Positions 33,075 to 42,984 are shown, counted from the first letter of the stretch. The stretch is 64,000 bases of DNA from an uncultured Chloroflexia bacterium (GCA_963759405.1 CAVWZA010000010.1:128422-192421); one strand, 5' to 3'. Notes: generated by a model not told the origin, from the sequence alone. Numbers and translations are program-made.

Positions 33075-33842
33075 ATGAGCTTGACGGTTGGCGCGGTCTC
33101 CCGGCTCGCCGGGGTGACCGTGCGGACGCTGCACCACTACGACGAGATCGGGCTGCTCGAGCCGAGCGACCGGTCCGAGGCCGGCTATCGCCGGTACGAG
33201 GACGCGGATCTCGATCGGCTGCAGCGCATCCTCTTCTACCGCGAGCTCGGGTTCGGCCTGGACCAGATCAGGGACGTCATGACCGATGGCGGAGCCGATG
33301 CGACCAGCCACCTCCGACGGCAGCACGCGATGCTGCTCGATCGGATCGGGAGGCTGAAGCGCATGGCGGCCGCCGTCGAGAAGGCAATGGAGGCACGAAC
33401 CATGGGAATCGATCTCACGCCCGAGGAGCGCTTCGAGGTCTTCGGCGACTTCGACCCCGACCAGTACGCCGCCGAGGCGGAGGAGCGCTGGGGCGGAACC
33501 GATCCCTACAAGGAGTCGCAGCGCCGGGTGGCGCGCTACACGAAGGCCGACTGGCAGCGGATCAAGGCCGAGGGCCAGGCAGCGATCGAGATGGTCGTCG
33601 CGGCCATGAAGGCGGGCAAGCCGGCCGACAGCCCGCAGGCGATGGACGGCGCCGAGGCGCATCGGCGCCAGATCAACGACGCCTTCTACGACCTCTCGTA
33701 CGAGATGCACGTCGGCCTGGCCGAGATGTACCTCGCCGATCCGCGATTCACCGCGACCTACGAGAAGATCGCGCCCGGGCTGGCGCAGTACCTCCACGAC
33801 GCCATCAAGGCCAACGCCGCCCGCCAGGGCGCGTTGATCTAG
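33075..33842 (+). CDS. MerR-family regulator with TipAS antibiotic-recognition domain (TipAL-like)
   Basis: MerR HTH is VGAVSRLAGVTVRTLHHYDEIGLLEPSDRSEAGYRRY. C-terminal MGIDLTPEERFEVFGDFDPDQYAAEAEERWG...LADPRFTATYEKIAPGLAQYLHDAI. Confidence 0.9.
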   Translation: MSLTVGAVSRLAGVTVRTLHHYDEIGLLEPSDRSEAGYRRYEDADLDRLQRILFYRELGFGLDQIRDVMTDGGADATSHLRRQHAMLLDRIGRLKRMAAAVEKAMEARTMGIDLTPEERFEVFGDFDPDQYAAEAEERWGGTDPYKESQRRVARYTKADWQRIKAEGQAAIEMVVAAMKAGKPADSPQAMDGAEAHRRQINDAFYDLSYEMHVGLAEMYLADPRFTATYEKIAPGLAQYLHDAIKANAARQGALI

Positions 33843-34787
33843 CCCGAAGGCCGCCGTCAGCCCCGCCTCGAGATCGCGCGGCGCGTAGCCAAGCTCGCGC
33901 CGCGCCTTGGCGTCCGTCCCCCAGTACGTCACGCCGGCGCTGGCGCTGACGATCTCGCCGAGGTCGGGGCCGATGCGGCGCACGATCGGCGCCGCCGCGC
34001 GCAGCGCCCAGGTCGGCGTCGACAGCCGCGGCGGTCGCTGGGCGGCGATGGCCGCGACGCGGCGGACCAGCTCCGCCATCGTGGCGAGCTCGCCGCCGAG
34101 CACGTACGACTCGCCGATGGAGCCCTTCTCGCCGACCAGCGCGATCCCCGCCGCGATGTCCTCCACGTGCGCCGCGTTGATGCCGAGGTCGCCGAAGGTG
34201 AGGGAAGGGAGCTTGCCGGTTGCCGCCTGGTGGAGGACACCCCCGAGGCTCGAGTGGTCGCCGGGGCCGTACACGACGCCGGGCATGGCGATCAGCACCG
34301 GGGCGCCGGCCTCGATCCGCTCGTGCGCCACGAGATGGGCGCGGTGCTTGGTCTCGTCGTAATAGCTGACATACCGATACGGTCGCGGCCGCTGGTAGGT
34401 CTCGTCGACCACCCGGTAGCCGGTGTCGCCGAAGGCGTTCTGCGTGGAGACGTGCACGATCCGTCCGACGCCGCCCTCGTGCGCCGCGTCGAGCACTCGC
34501 TCCGTCGCGGTGACGTTTGCCGACTCCATGGCGGCCCGCGCCGACTTCGGGATGCCGACCCGGTAGTCGCCGGCAAGGTGATACGCGACGTCGCATCCGT
34601 CGAGGGCGCCTCGGAGCGCCGCCGCGTCGAGGACGTCACCGATGACCACCTCGCAGCCGGCGGCGCGCAGGCGAACCGCCGAAGACTCGCTGCGGGCGAT
34701 GGCCCGGACCTCGGCGCCGGCGTCACGCAGCCGCGCCACGAGGTGTCGGCCGATGAAGCCACCGCCACCGGTCACGAAGGCCCTCAC
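33843..34787 (-). CDS. NAD-dependent epimerase/dehydratase (SDR) family protein; stop codon not found in frame, so the 3' end is approximate
   Basis: VRAFVTGGGGFIGRHLVARL, YYDETKHRA (YxxxK). The frame stays open through the antisense of the TipAL gene, implying an indel near the true stop. Confidence 0.8.
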
Positions 34788-35227
34788 TCCGGGGCGCCGA
34801 ACCGCTGCTGGAGGCGTTTCAGGCTCGTGTCGATGTCGCCGCCGGCAGCACCGGCGATCATCGGCTCCATGAAGCTGGTCAGCATCGAGCCGCGGATCTC
34901 CATCGCGAAGCTGAGATCGGTGGCCGCGCCTTCCTGCGCCGGCGCGAGGTCGAGGGTGCCATGCGCCTTCACGCCGCTGACCTCGCTGCCGATGGCAAGG
35001 TGCTGCGGCGGGTCGTACTCGGTGATGGTGAGCAGTGCCTCGATCGTCTGGCCCATCAGCTCGCGCGCCACCAGCGCCGTGGCACCAACGCGCATCTCGC
35101 CATCGGACGTCACGCGCGCGCTCTTGACTCCCATCTGCCACTCCGACAGGTTGTCGAGGTCCGAGATGTAGGCAAAGACCTCCGCCGGTGGGGCGCCGAT
35201 GACGGCTCGCCGCTCAACCCGTTTCAT
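34784..35227 (-). CDS. SRPBCC (START/polyketide-cyclase-like) family protein
   Basis: MKRVERRAVIGAPPAEVFAYISDLDNLSEWQ... GTGA overlap with the epimerase gene. Confidence 0.7.
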   Translation of the reverse strand: MKRVERRAVIGAPPAEVFAYISDLDNLSEWQMGVKSARVTSDGEMRVGATALVARELMGQTIEALLTITEYDPPQHLAIGSEVSGVKAHGTLDLAPAQEGAATDLSFAMEIRGSMLTSFMEPMIAGAAGGDIDTSLKRLQQRFGAPE

Positions 35228-35254
35228 CGGTCAACCGTACCCGACGGGCGCGAC

Positions 35255-36070
35255 TCAGTGCAGGATCTGCGACAGGAACTGCTTCGTCCGCTCGTGCGTG
35301 GGCGCCTCGAAGATCTGCTGCGGCGGGCCCTCCTCGACGATCACGCCCTGGTCGAAGAAGACCATCCGGTTGGCGACCGCGCGCGCGAATCCCATCTCGT
35401 GCGTGACGCAGATCATCGTCATGCCGGCATCCCGCGCCAGGGACTGCATGACGTCGAGCACCTCGCTGATCATCTCCGGGTCGAGCGCCGAGGTCGGCTC
35501 GTCGAACAGCATGATCTTGGGCTTCATGGCCAGCGCGCGCGCGATCGCCACGCGCTGCTGCTGGCCACCCGACAGCTGCGCCGGGTACTTGTGCGCCTGC
35601 TCCGGGATCCCGACCCGCTCGAGCAGCTTCATGCCGACCGCATCGGCCTCTGCCCGCGAATAGCTCCGCACCCGCATCGGCGCCAGCGTGATGTTCTGGA
35701 GCGCCGTCAGGTGCGGGAACAGGTTGAACGACTGGAAGACCATCCCGATCTCGCTGCGGATGGCGGCGATGTTGCGGACGTCGTTCGTCAGCTCGATCCC
35801 GTCCACGATGATCTCGCCGCGCTGGTGCTCCTCGAGCCGGTTGATCGTGCGGATGAAGGTCGACTTGCCCGAGCCCGACGCGCCGAAGATGACGACCACC
35901 TCGCCGGCCGTGACGGTCAGGTTGATGCCGCGCAGCACGTGGAGCTGGCCGAACCACTTGTGGACGTCGCGCGCGACGATGATCTCATTCGTGCTGGCCG
36001 GATTTGCGTCGTCGGTCACCGATCCACCTCGATCCGCCGTCGGTTGGTCTCCATTGTCGTCCCGAGTCAT
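35255..36070 (-). CDS. aapP: Amino-acid ABC transporter ATP-binding protein
   Basis: [43 protein letters not shown]. Reads intact. Confidence 0.9.
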   Translation of the reverse strand: MTRDDNGDQPTADRGGSVTDDANPASTNEIIVARDVHKWFGQLHVLRGINLTVTAGEVVVIFGASGSGKSTFIRTINRLEEHQRGEIIVDGIELTNDVRNIAAIRSEIGMVFQSFNLFPHLTALQNITLAPMRVRSYSRAEADAVGMKLLERVGIPEQAHKYPAQLSGGQQQRVAIARALAMKPKIMLFDEPTSALDPEMISEVLDVMQSLARDAGMTMICVTHEMGFARAVANRMVFFDQGVIVEEGPPQQIFEAPTHERTKQFLSQILH

Positions 36071-37276
36071 CGCGTTCCCACGCCGAGCGCGCGCTCGAGC
36101 CGATAGCTGGCCTGGGACATGGCGTAGCAGAGCACGAAGAAGACGCCGGCAACGAAGACGTAGACCTCCAGGTAGGCGCCGAACGACTCCGGCTGCGCCA
36201 GCACGGCGCGACCGATCCCGAGCAGCTCCGCAAGACCGATGATCGTCACCAGGGTCGTGTCCTTCAGCAGGCTGATGAAGAGGCCGACGTTGGCCGGGAT
36301 GACCGATCGCAGCGCCTGCGGCAGGACGATGTAGAGGTTCATCTGCGTCGTGCTGAGGCCGAGCGCCTGCGACGCCTCGATCTGGCCGCTGGGGATCGCC
36401 TGCAGGCCCGCCGCGCACGTTCTCGGCGACGTAGGCCGCCGAGAAGAGGGTGATGCCGCCCATCGCCCGCGCCACGCGGTCGAGCCGCCACTCGCCGGGC
36501 AGGAAGAGCGGCAGGATGATGTCGGCCATGAACAGGATCGTGACCAGCGGGACGCCGCGGATCGACCTCGATGTAGCCGGTGCTCAGGATCCGCACCGCG
36601 GGCAGCTGGCTGCGACGACCGAGCGCGAGCAGCACGCCGAGCGGGAACGAGAGGAGGATCCCGACCGTGGCGAGCAGGATGGTGAGCAGCAGGCCACCCC
36701 ACGAGGTTCGAGCTGATCGAGGGGAGGAACGTCCCGCTCATCCCGCTCAGGAGCAGGAACGAGAGCGGCAGGGACAGCAGCCAGCCGATGGCGATCGGAC
36801 GGCGCGGGACGAGACCGCGCAGCCCGGCGACGTACCCGACCACGACCAGGGCCGCGTTGAGCGCGAGCGCGGCTGCCGGCACGATGCCCAGGGGCGAGAC
36901 GAGCACGAGCGCCGCCAGCATCAGCTGGAAGGCGGCCAGCGTGATGGCCAGCGCGCGCGTCGACTGCCCGTACACGCCGGCCGATAGACCGCCGAGCACC
37001 GAGATGATCGCCAGGTTGAGCCACACCCGCCACGCCTGGTCGGCGGGAAACTGGCCGATCAGGAACAGGCGCAGGTTGTTCGTGACCACGCTCCAGCGTG
37101 CCTCGGTCACGGCCCACTGACCGACCTGGAGCAGCAGCCAGACGAGCACGGCTCCGAGCAGCACCGTGGTCAGGCCGTTCCCCCAGCCCGGAGAACAGGT
37201 TCTGGCGCAGCCAGGCCAGCGGACCCACCACCGTGATCGGCGGCGGCAGCGTCTCGGACGGCGTTCGCGCGGTCAC
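36067..37276 (-). CDS. aapM: Amino-acid ABC transporter permease (AapM-like, long N-terminal TM extension); four frame breaks (~37182, ~36700, ~36563, ~36407)
   Basis: [18 protein letters not shown]..., [81 protein letters not shown]. These pieces lie in three frames. Confidence 0.8.
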
Positions 37277-38455
37277 CGCTCCAGCACCTGGACGCGGCGG
37301 TTGTAGAGGTTCATGAGGAGCGACGTCACGAGGCTGATGGCGAGGTAGGTGCCCATGATCAGGATGATCACCGGGACCGGCTGGCCGGTCTGGTTGGCCA
37401 TCGTCTGGCCGACCTTGAAGAGGTCGGGATAGCCGATCGCGACCGCCAGGCTCGAGTTCTTGGCGAGGTTGAGGTACTGGCTGGTCAGTGGCGGCACGAT
37501 GATCCGCAGCGCCTGCGGGAACACGATCAGGCGCAGCGTGTCGCCCTCCGAGAGGCCGAGCGCGCGCGCCGCCTCGAGCTGGCCGCGGCGGACCGCCTGG
37601 ATCCCGCCGCGCACCACCTCCGCGATGAAGGCGGCGGTGTAGAGCACCAGCCCCAGGAGCAGTGCCACGAACTCCGGCGACAGGGCGAGCCCGCCGATGA
37701 AGTTGAAGCGCTCACGGATCGGCAGGTCGAAGGTGACCGGCGCCGCGACGATCCAGCCGATGATCGCGAGCGCCAACAGGCCGAGCCAACCCGCGGCGCG
37801 CAGGCCGTGCAGCGGGCGTCCCGCGTCCGCACGGCGCCTCGACAGCCTCCGCGCGGCAACGAGGACCACGATCCCGAGAACGACGAAGCCGAGCCACAGC
37901 GCGAGGCCGGAGCTCAACTGCGGTCCGGGCACGAACAGTCCGCGCTGGTTCAGGAAGATCGACCCGGGCAGCGTCAGCGTATTCGCGATCGCCGGAAGCT
38001 GAAGCAGGACGGCGAAGTAGATGAGGACGAGCTGCACCAGGAGCGGCGTGTTGCGCATCAGCTCCACGTAGGCGGACGTGATGCGCCGGAGGAGCCAGTT
38101 CGGGGAGAGCCGCGCGACGCCGACCACGACACCGAGGATCGTGGCCAGGATGATCCCGATGAAGCTCACGAAGAGGGTATTGAGCAGCCCGACCAGGAAT
38201 GCCTTGGCGTAGGTGTCGCGAGAGCTGTACGGGATCGGGCTCTCGCTGATGTCGAACCCGGCGCTTCGGTTGAGGAATCCGAAGCCGAAGCCGAGACCCC
38301 GCTCGTTCATGGCCGTCATGAGATTGCGGACCATGAACGCGACGAGCACGCCGACGATGAGCAGCACCACGATCTGCGCGGCCGATGCGCAGGACGCGGA
38401 CGTCCCGCCACGGCGGCACGCCCGATGTGCGCGAAGGTTGAGAATCCGGCGTCAT
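37273..38455 (-). CDS. aapQ: Amino-acid ABC transporter permease (AapQ-like); frameshift near 38381
   Basis: GFGFLNRSAGFDISE..., RGGIQAVRRGQLEAARALGLSEGDTLRLIVFPQALRIIVPPLTSQYLNLAKNSSLA. Confidence 0.8.
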
Positions 38456-38475
38456 GCGAGCCGGTGGATGTCGGT

Positions 38476-38499
38476 CCGGGGCGGGTGGTCCCGCCCCGG
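38476..38499 (-). other. Perfect 10-bp GC hairpin between the binding-protein gene and the first permease gene
   Basis: CCGGGGCGGG(38476-85), TGGT loop, CCCGCCCCGG(38490-99). Confidence 0.6.
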
Positions 38500-38511
38500 A
38501 TCAGGCTCGAC

Positions 38512-39646
38512 CTATCGGTAGGGCGGTGCGTACAGCAGGCCGCCGTCGGTCCACAGCGAGTTCAGGCCACGCTCGAGCGCGAACGGGGTATCGGCACCCA
38601 GGTTGCGCTCGTAGATCTCGCCGTAGTTGCCCACGGCCGTGATCACGTTGACGACCCAGTCGGGGTCGAGCCCAGGCCGGACTCGAACGGATCGGTGTCT
38701 GGCACCGTCTGGCCGAGCAGGCGCAGAACGACCGGGTCTTCGCTCGTCGCGGCCATGTCGGCCACGTTGGCCTGGGTGATCCCGAGCTCCTCCGCCTCGA
38801 TGGTGGCGAACACGGTCCACTTCACGACGTTGAACCACTGGTCGTCGCCGAGCGGCGCCACCGGCCCGAGCGGCTCCTTCGACATCACCTCCTCGAGGAT
38901 CAGGTGGTCGTCCGGGTTCGCGAACGCCGTCCGCCGCGCGACCAGCTGCGAGCGGTCGCTCGTGACCGCGTCGCAGCGGCCCTCCTCGTAGGCGGCGTAG
39001 GTCGGGTCGATCTCCGGGAAGACCTGCGGGGTGATGCTGTCGCCGAGCCGATCGGTCAGGTTCAGCTCGGTCGTCGTGCCGGACTGGACACAGATCGTGG
39101 CGCCGGCGAGCTCATCGATCGTCGTTGCATCGGTCAGCGTCGAGTTCACCATGATCGCCTGGCCGTCGTAGAAGGTCGTCGGTCCGAAGAGGCCCCACGA
39201 GGTGTCGCGGCTGACCGTCCAGGTGGTGTTGCGAATCAGGACGTCGATGTCGCCCGACTGGAGGAGCGGGACCTCGCTGGTCGGTGCTGACGTCGCGGAA
39301 CTCGACCAGCGTCGGATCGCCGAGCACCGCCGCGGCAAGGGCGCGGCAGAAGTCGACGTCGAAGCCGGTGTATTCGCCGGACGCCTCATCGAGGAAGCTG
39401 AAGCCGGGCAGCGCCCCGTTGACGCCGCAGATGAGCTGTCCGCGCGCCTGCCACGTCGGCCAGGCGTCCCTCGCCCGTCGACGGCGCCTCGGACGCGGGC
39501 GCCTCGCTCTCGGCGGAGGACTCCGCGGGGCTCGCGCCGCTCGCATCCGGCTCGGCGCTGGAAGACGGCGGCGGCGTATCGCCGCAGGCCGTCATGACCA
39601 ACGCGAGGACCACGAGACTGATGATGGATAGTCCGAACCTGGGCAT
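38512..39646 (-). CDS. aapJ: Amino-acid ABC transporter substrate-binding lipoprotein (AapJ-like); three frame breaks (~39465, ~39275, ~38672)
   Basis: Lipobox ALVMTACG. GQLICGVNGALPGFSFLDEASGEYTGFDVDFCRA, LLQSGDIDVLIRNTTWTVSRD, VVNVITAVGNYGEIYERNLG. Confidence 0.8.
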
Positions 39647-39784
39647 TGAATCGGTTACCTCCCTCTCATGGCGACTCGAGTCGGCCGCCGGGCCCTGGCG
39701 GGCCGTTGCCCATGCTACGTGCTACGCGCAACTCGGCTCCGGGCGGCTCGACGGCGCTGCCGGGCAGCGCGCACAATCGGCCGC

Positions 39785-40234
39785 ATGAAATTCCACACCA
39801 CGATCCTGCAGGGCGACAAGACGGCCACCGGCATCCGGATTCCCGATGAGGTGGTCGAGGCGCTCGGCTCGGGCAAGCGCCCGCCGGTGAAGGTGACCAT
39901 CAACGGCTTCACGTACCGCTCCAGCATCGCGACCGTCAGCGGCGCCTCCATGGTCGGCGTGAGCGCGGAGAATCGCGCCGGCGCGGGGGTGGCGGGGGGC
40001 GACGAGGTGGACGTCGAGATCGAGCTCGATACGGAGCCGCGGGAGGTGACGGTGCCGGCCGAGCTGGCCGCCGCGCTCGACGCCGAGCCGAAGGCACGCG
40101 AGACGTTCGACAAGCTGTCGAACAGCAACAAGGGGTGGCACGTGAGCCAGGTCACCGGTGCGAAGACCGACGAGACACGGCAGCGACGGATCGCCAAGTC
40201 CGTGGCCACGCTCCGCGAGGGCCGCCCTCGCTGA
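39785..40234 (+). CDS. DUF1905 / YdeI-family protein
   Basis: MKFHTTILQGDKTATGIRIPDEVVEALGSGKRPPVKVTINGFTYRSSI...FDKLSNSNKGWHVSQVTGAKTDETRQRRI. Confidence 0.75.
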   Translation: MKFHTTILQGDKTATGIRIPDEVVEALGSGKRPPVKVTINGFTYRSSIATVSGASMVGVSAENRAGAGVAGGDEVDVEIELDTEPREVTVPAELAAALDAEPKARETFDKLSNSNKGWHVSQVTGAKTDETRQRRIAKSVATLREGRPR

Positions 40235-40239
40235 AGGGG

Positions 40240-40315
40240 TGGTGGAGATGAGGGGACTCGAACCCCTGACCCCCGCGATGCGAACGCGGTGCTCTCCCAG
40301 CTGAGCTACATCCCC
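40240..40315 (-). tRNA. tRNA-Ala (anticodon CGC), CCA encoded
   Basis: Reverse complement is GGGGATGTAGCTCAGCTGGGAGAGCACCGCGTTCGCATCGCGGGGGTCAGGGGTTCGAGTCCCCTCATCTCCACCA. G3:U70 pair present. Anticodon loop is TT-CGC-AT. Confidence 0.95.
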
Positions 40316-40347
40316 ACGGGCCGGCGCGAGTATAGCCCTTTCCCGAC

Positions 40348-40363
40348 TAGAACATCTGTTCTA
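40348..40363. promoter_or_regulatory. LexA-type SOS box TAGAAC-N4-GTTCTA overlapping the -10 (TATCAT) of the imuA' promoter
   Basis: TAGAACATCTGTTCTA is a perfect 6+6 dyad of the Gram-positive GAAC-N4-GTTC type. It lies 15 nt upstream of ATG 40378. Confidence 0.7.
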
Positions 40364-40377
40364 TCATGGGTGGTCCG

Positions 40378-41176
40378 ATGAGGACCGATGCCGCCGTTTC
40401 GCCATCCCTGGCGACCGCCCTCGAGGCGCTCCGCGAACGCGGGCTGGGGCTGCGTCGCGGGAGCGAGGCGCCGACGCTGGAGCGGTCCCGACCGGCGGTC
40501 CCGACCGGCCACCCGTTGCTCGATGCCGCGCTGGGGACCGATGGCTGGCCGCGTGGCGCGCTGGCCATGCTCGACGCCCCCGTCGGGAAGCGGTGCCACG
40601 TCGCTGGCGCTCGGCACCCTGGCCGCCACACAGGCGGCCGGCGGCCTGGCCGCCTGGCTCGATCTCGACGGCACCCTCGACCCGGCCGTGGCCGCGCGCC
40701 TCGGGGTCAACCTCGAATGGCTTCTCGTCGTGCGACCACGCGACGCCGCCGAGGCGATCGAGCTGGCCGCCTGGCTCGGGCGTTCGGGCCTCATCGATGC
40801 CCTCGTCCTCGACCTCGGCGAGCGGGCGGTGCCCGATCGGCGCGCGCTGGATCGGCTCGCCTCGCTCCTCGCTCGATCCGAATCCACCTCGGCGATCGTG
40901 CTCGCCCCCGCCGGGCGTGCGGTTGCGGGCGTCGTCGCCGGGGTGCGGGTGGCGCTCCATCGGACCGCCTGGCTGGGAATCGGGCGCGACCTCGTCGGCC
41001 AGCGCGTGCATGCCAGCGTCGAGCGGCATCGCTGGGCGCTCGCCGGCGGCTCGGCGGAGCTCGACCTGTGGTTCGGCGAGGGCCGGCGCCTCGACCCGCT
41101 GGTTGCCACGCTGGCGGAGCCGCAATCGGTCGAAGGGATCGAGGAACGGCCGGCGCTGCAGGTGGTGAGCGCCTGA
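40378..41176 (+). CDS. imuA': ImuA'-like RecA-fold SOS mutasome protein; frameshift near 40586; alternative ATG at 40366
   Basis: PTGHPLLDAALGTDGWPRGALAMLDAPVG/SGATSLALGTLAATQAAGGLAAWLDLDGTLDP...LLVVRP. This is a RecA/SulA-like core, placed directly upstream of imuB behind an SOS box. Confidence 0.7.
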
Positions 41177-41177
41177 C

Positions 41178-42235
41178 ATGACCCGGCTGCTTGCCCTGGT
41201 CTGGCCCGAGCTGCGCATGCCGGAGGCCGATCCGAGCCCCTTCGAACGCATGCTCGACGCGCTCGACGACCTCTCCCCGCGGGTGGAGGCGGTCGATATC
41301 GGCGTGGCGCTCGTCGACGTGACCGGCCTGGGACCGATGTGGGGGCCGGAGCGACGGATCGCGGCTCGGGCGGTGATGCTGGTCCGCGGCGTGGCACCGC
41401 TCCGGGTGCGGTGCGGGATCGGCGAGAACCGGTGGCTGGCGACGCTCGCCGCGCGGCTGGCGCGCTTCGAGCGCCCGGAGGCGCCGGCCGCGTTCCACGC
41501 GATCGATCGCCGCGAGGCGCTGCGGGACCTGCCACTCGGCCTGCTGCCGGCGGATCCGGCAACGCGCCAGCGGTTCGTGCTGTTCGGGCTCACGGCGATG
41601 GCGCAGCTGGCCGACCTGCCGCGCTCCGCGGTGGGCGCCCAGTTCGGCGCAGCCGGTGAGCGGCTCCAGGCGCTTGCCCGAGGCCACGACCCGCGACCGA
41701 TCGTGCCGCGTCGGCGCCCGGAACGGGTGGAAGCGAGCGCGGCCTTCGAGCCGCCGCTCGATGGGATCGGCGCCGTGGGCCTCACCCTGCGTCGCCTCGC
41801 CGCCGAGCTCTGCGACCGGCTCGGGGAGCGCCACCTGGCGCCGGGACGCGCCGTCCTGTCACTGCTCCTCGAGGATGCGCCGGCACTCCGCGTGGCGCAG
41901 CCCTTTCCCCAGCCCGCGCTCGAGCCCGACTGGATCGCACGCCTCCTCCTGTCACGCGTGGAGGCGGCCGCCCGGGCGCGGCTCCCTGTCGGTACGATGA
42001 GCCATCCGAGCCACGCATCGCATCGGTCCTGCTCGCCTTCGATCGGCTCACCGATCCGGCGACCCGGCAGCTGCCCGCGTTCGAGGCCCGCGCCGGGCGC
42101 TGGGAGGAGCTGCGCTGGTCGCTCGAGCGGATCCGGCATCGGTTCGGAACGGGGCGCCTCTGGCGAGCGGCGCACGAACGGCCGACCGCGGCACTGCCCG
42201 AGCAACAGTCGCGACTGGTCGATATCGGCCAATGA
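41178..42235 (+). CDS. imuB: ImuB, Y-family-polymerase-like mutasome subunit (catalytic-fold part only); frameshift near 41985
   Basis: MTRLLALVWPELRM...AVDIGVALVDVTGLGPMWG...LPLGLLPADPATRQRFVLFGLTAMAQLADLPRSAVGAQFG. The tail ...RWEELRWSLERIRHRFG is in frame 2. Confidence 0.8.
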
Positions 42236-42486
42236 CGCGCCGCTACGCGAACCACCCGCTCGTCCAGGTCGACACCGATGCGGACGGCGTGCCCGTGCGA
42301 CTGCGCATGGACGGGACCGATCACGGCGAGCTCGGCATCTGCAACCGATGGCGAGTCGACGACGGCTGGTGGCGGGAGCCGGTGGCGCGCGCCTGCTACA
42401 AGGTGGTGACGCGATCCGGGCTGCTCTGTGTCGTCTTCCTCGACGAGATCCGCGGCACATGGCACCTGGAACGCGTATTCGACTAA
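42232..42486 (+). CDS. 84-aa ORF matching the C-terminal domain normally fused to ImuB (RWRVDDGWW...CYKV...G.WHLERVF)
   Basis: ATGA overlap with the imuB stop. The sequence PLVQVDTDADGVPVRLRMDG...NRWRVDDGWWREPVARACYKVVTRSGLLCVVFLDEIRGTWHLERVFD resembles the ERI..GWW...RDYF...WFLHG.F tail of proteobacterial ImuB as I recall it. Confidence 0.6.
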   Translation: MTRRYANHPLVQVDTDADGVPVRLRMDGTDHGELGICNRWRVDDGWWREPVARACYKVVTRSGLLCVVFLDEIRGTWHLERVFD

Positions 42487-42537
42487 GGGAGGGATGACCG
42501 ATGCTCGCTGGCATCGCTCGTGCGGTGAACGAGCCAC

Positions 42538-42957
42538 ATGAATGACTTCGACCGGCAACCGGGAGCCATCGACGACCCTGGCATGAAGGGTGGGACCGAT
42601 CCGGACCTCGATCGATTGCCGCCCGGCGACCAGGCCGGCAACACCGGCGGCGCCGGTGAGCCGCAGGCCGCCGAGCTTGATCTCCCGGGGCCGGACGACC
42701 CGGTCGCCTGGAGCTACGTGGAGGCCGACACGCTCGTGGTCGGCGCCAACGGCGAAGAGCTCGGACGCGTCGCGGCCATGCTCGGCACCGAGACCGAGGA
42801 CATCTTTCATGGCATCGCGGTGACCCCGTACCGCGACGGAACGACACGGGTCGTGCCCGCGGACGACGTGACGCGGCTCACCTCGTCCAAGGTCGAGATC
42901 GCCTACGACGCCGAGCAGCTCGCGGCCGCGGAGGAGTACCACCCGATCGACGGCTGA
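42538..42957 (+). CDS. Hypothetical protein, possibly PRC-barrel/DUF2171-like
   Basis: Disordered N-terminus, then VVGANGEELGRVAAMLGTETEDIFHGIAVTPYRDGTTRVVPADDV. Confidence 0.45.
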   Translation: MNDFDRQPGAIDDPGMKGGTDPDLDRLPPGDQAGNTGGAGEPQAAELDLPGPDDPVAWSYVEADTLVVGANGEELGRVAAMLGTETEDIFHGIAVTPYRDGTTRVVPADDVTRLTSSKVEIAYDAEQLAAAEEYHPIDG

Positions 42958-42984
42958 CCTCGGGAGGTCGGGTACGATCGGCCG

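Noticed and set aside
40366-40377. ATG at 40366 as the imuA' start (as in the ORF track).
   Set aside because: This ATG lies inside the TATCAT -10 hexamer and would be upstream of the transcript start. The dnaE2 promoter copy has no ATG at the equivalent position but shares the downstream CCGATG. Hence 40378 is preferred, though this is not proven.
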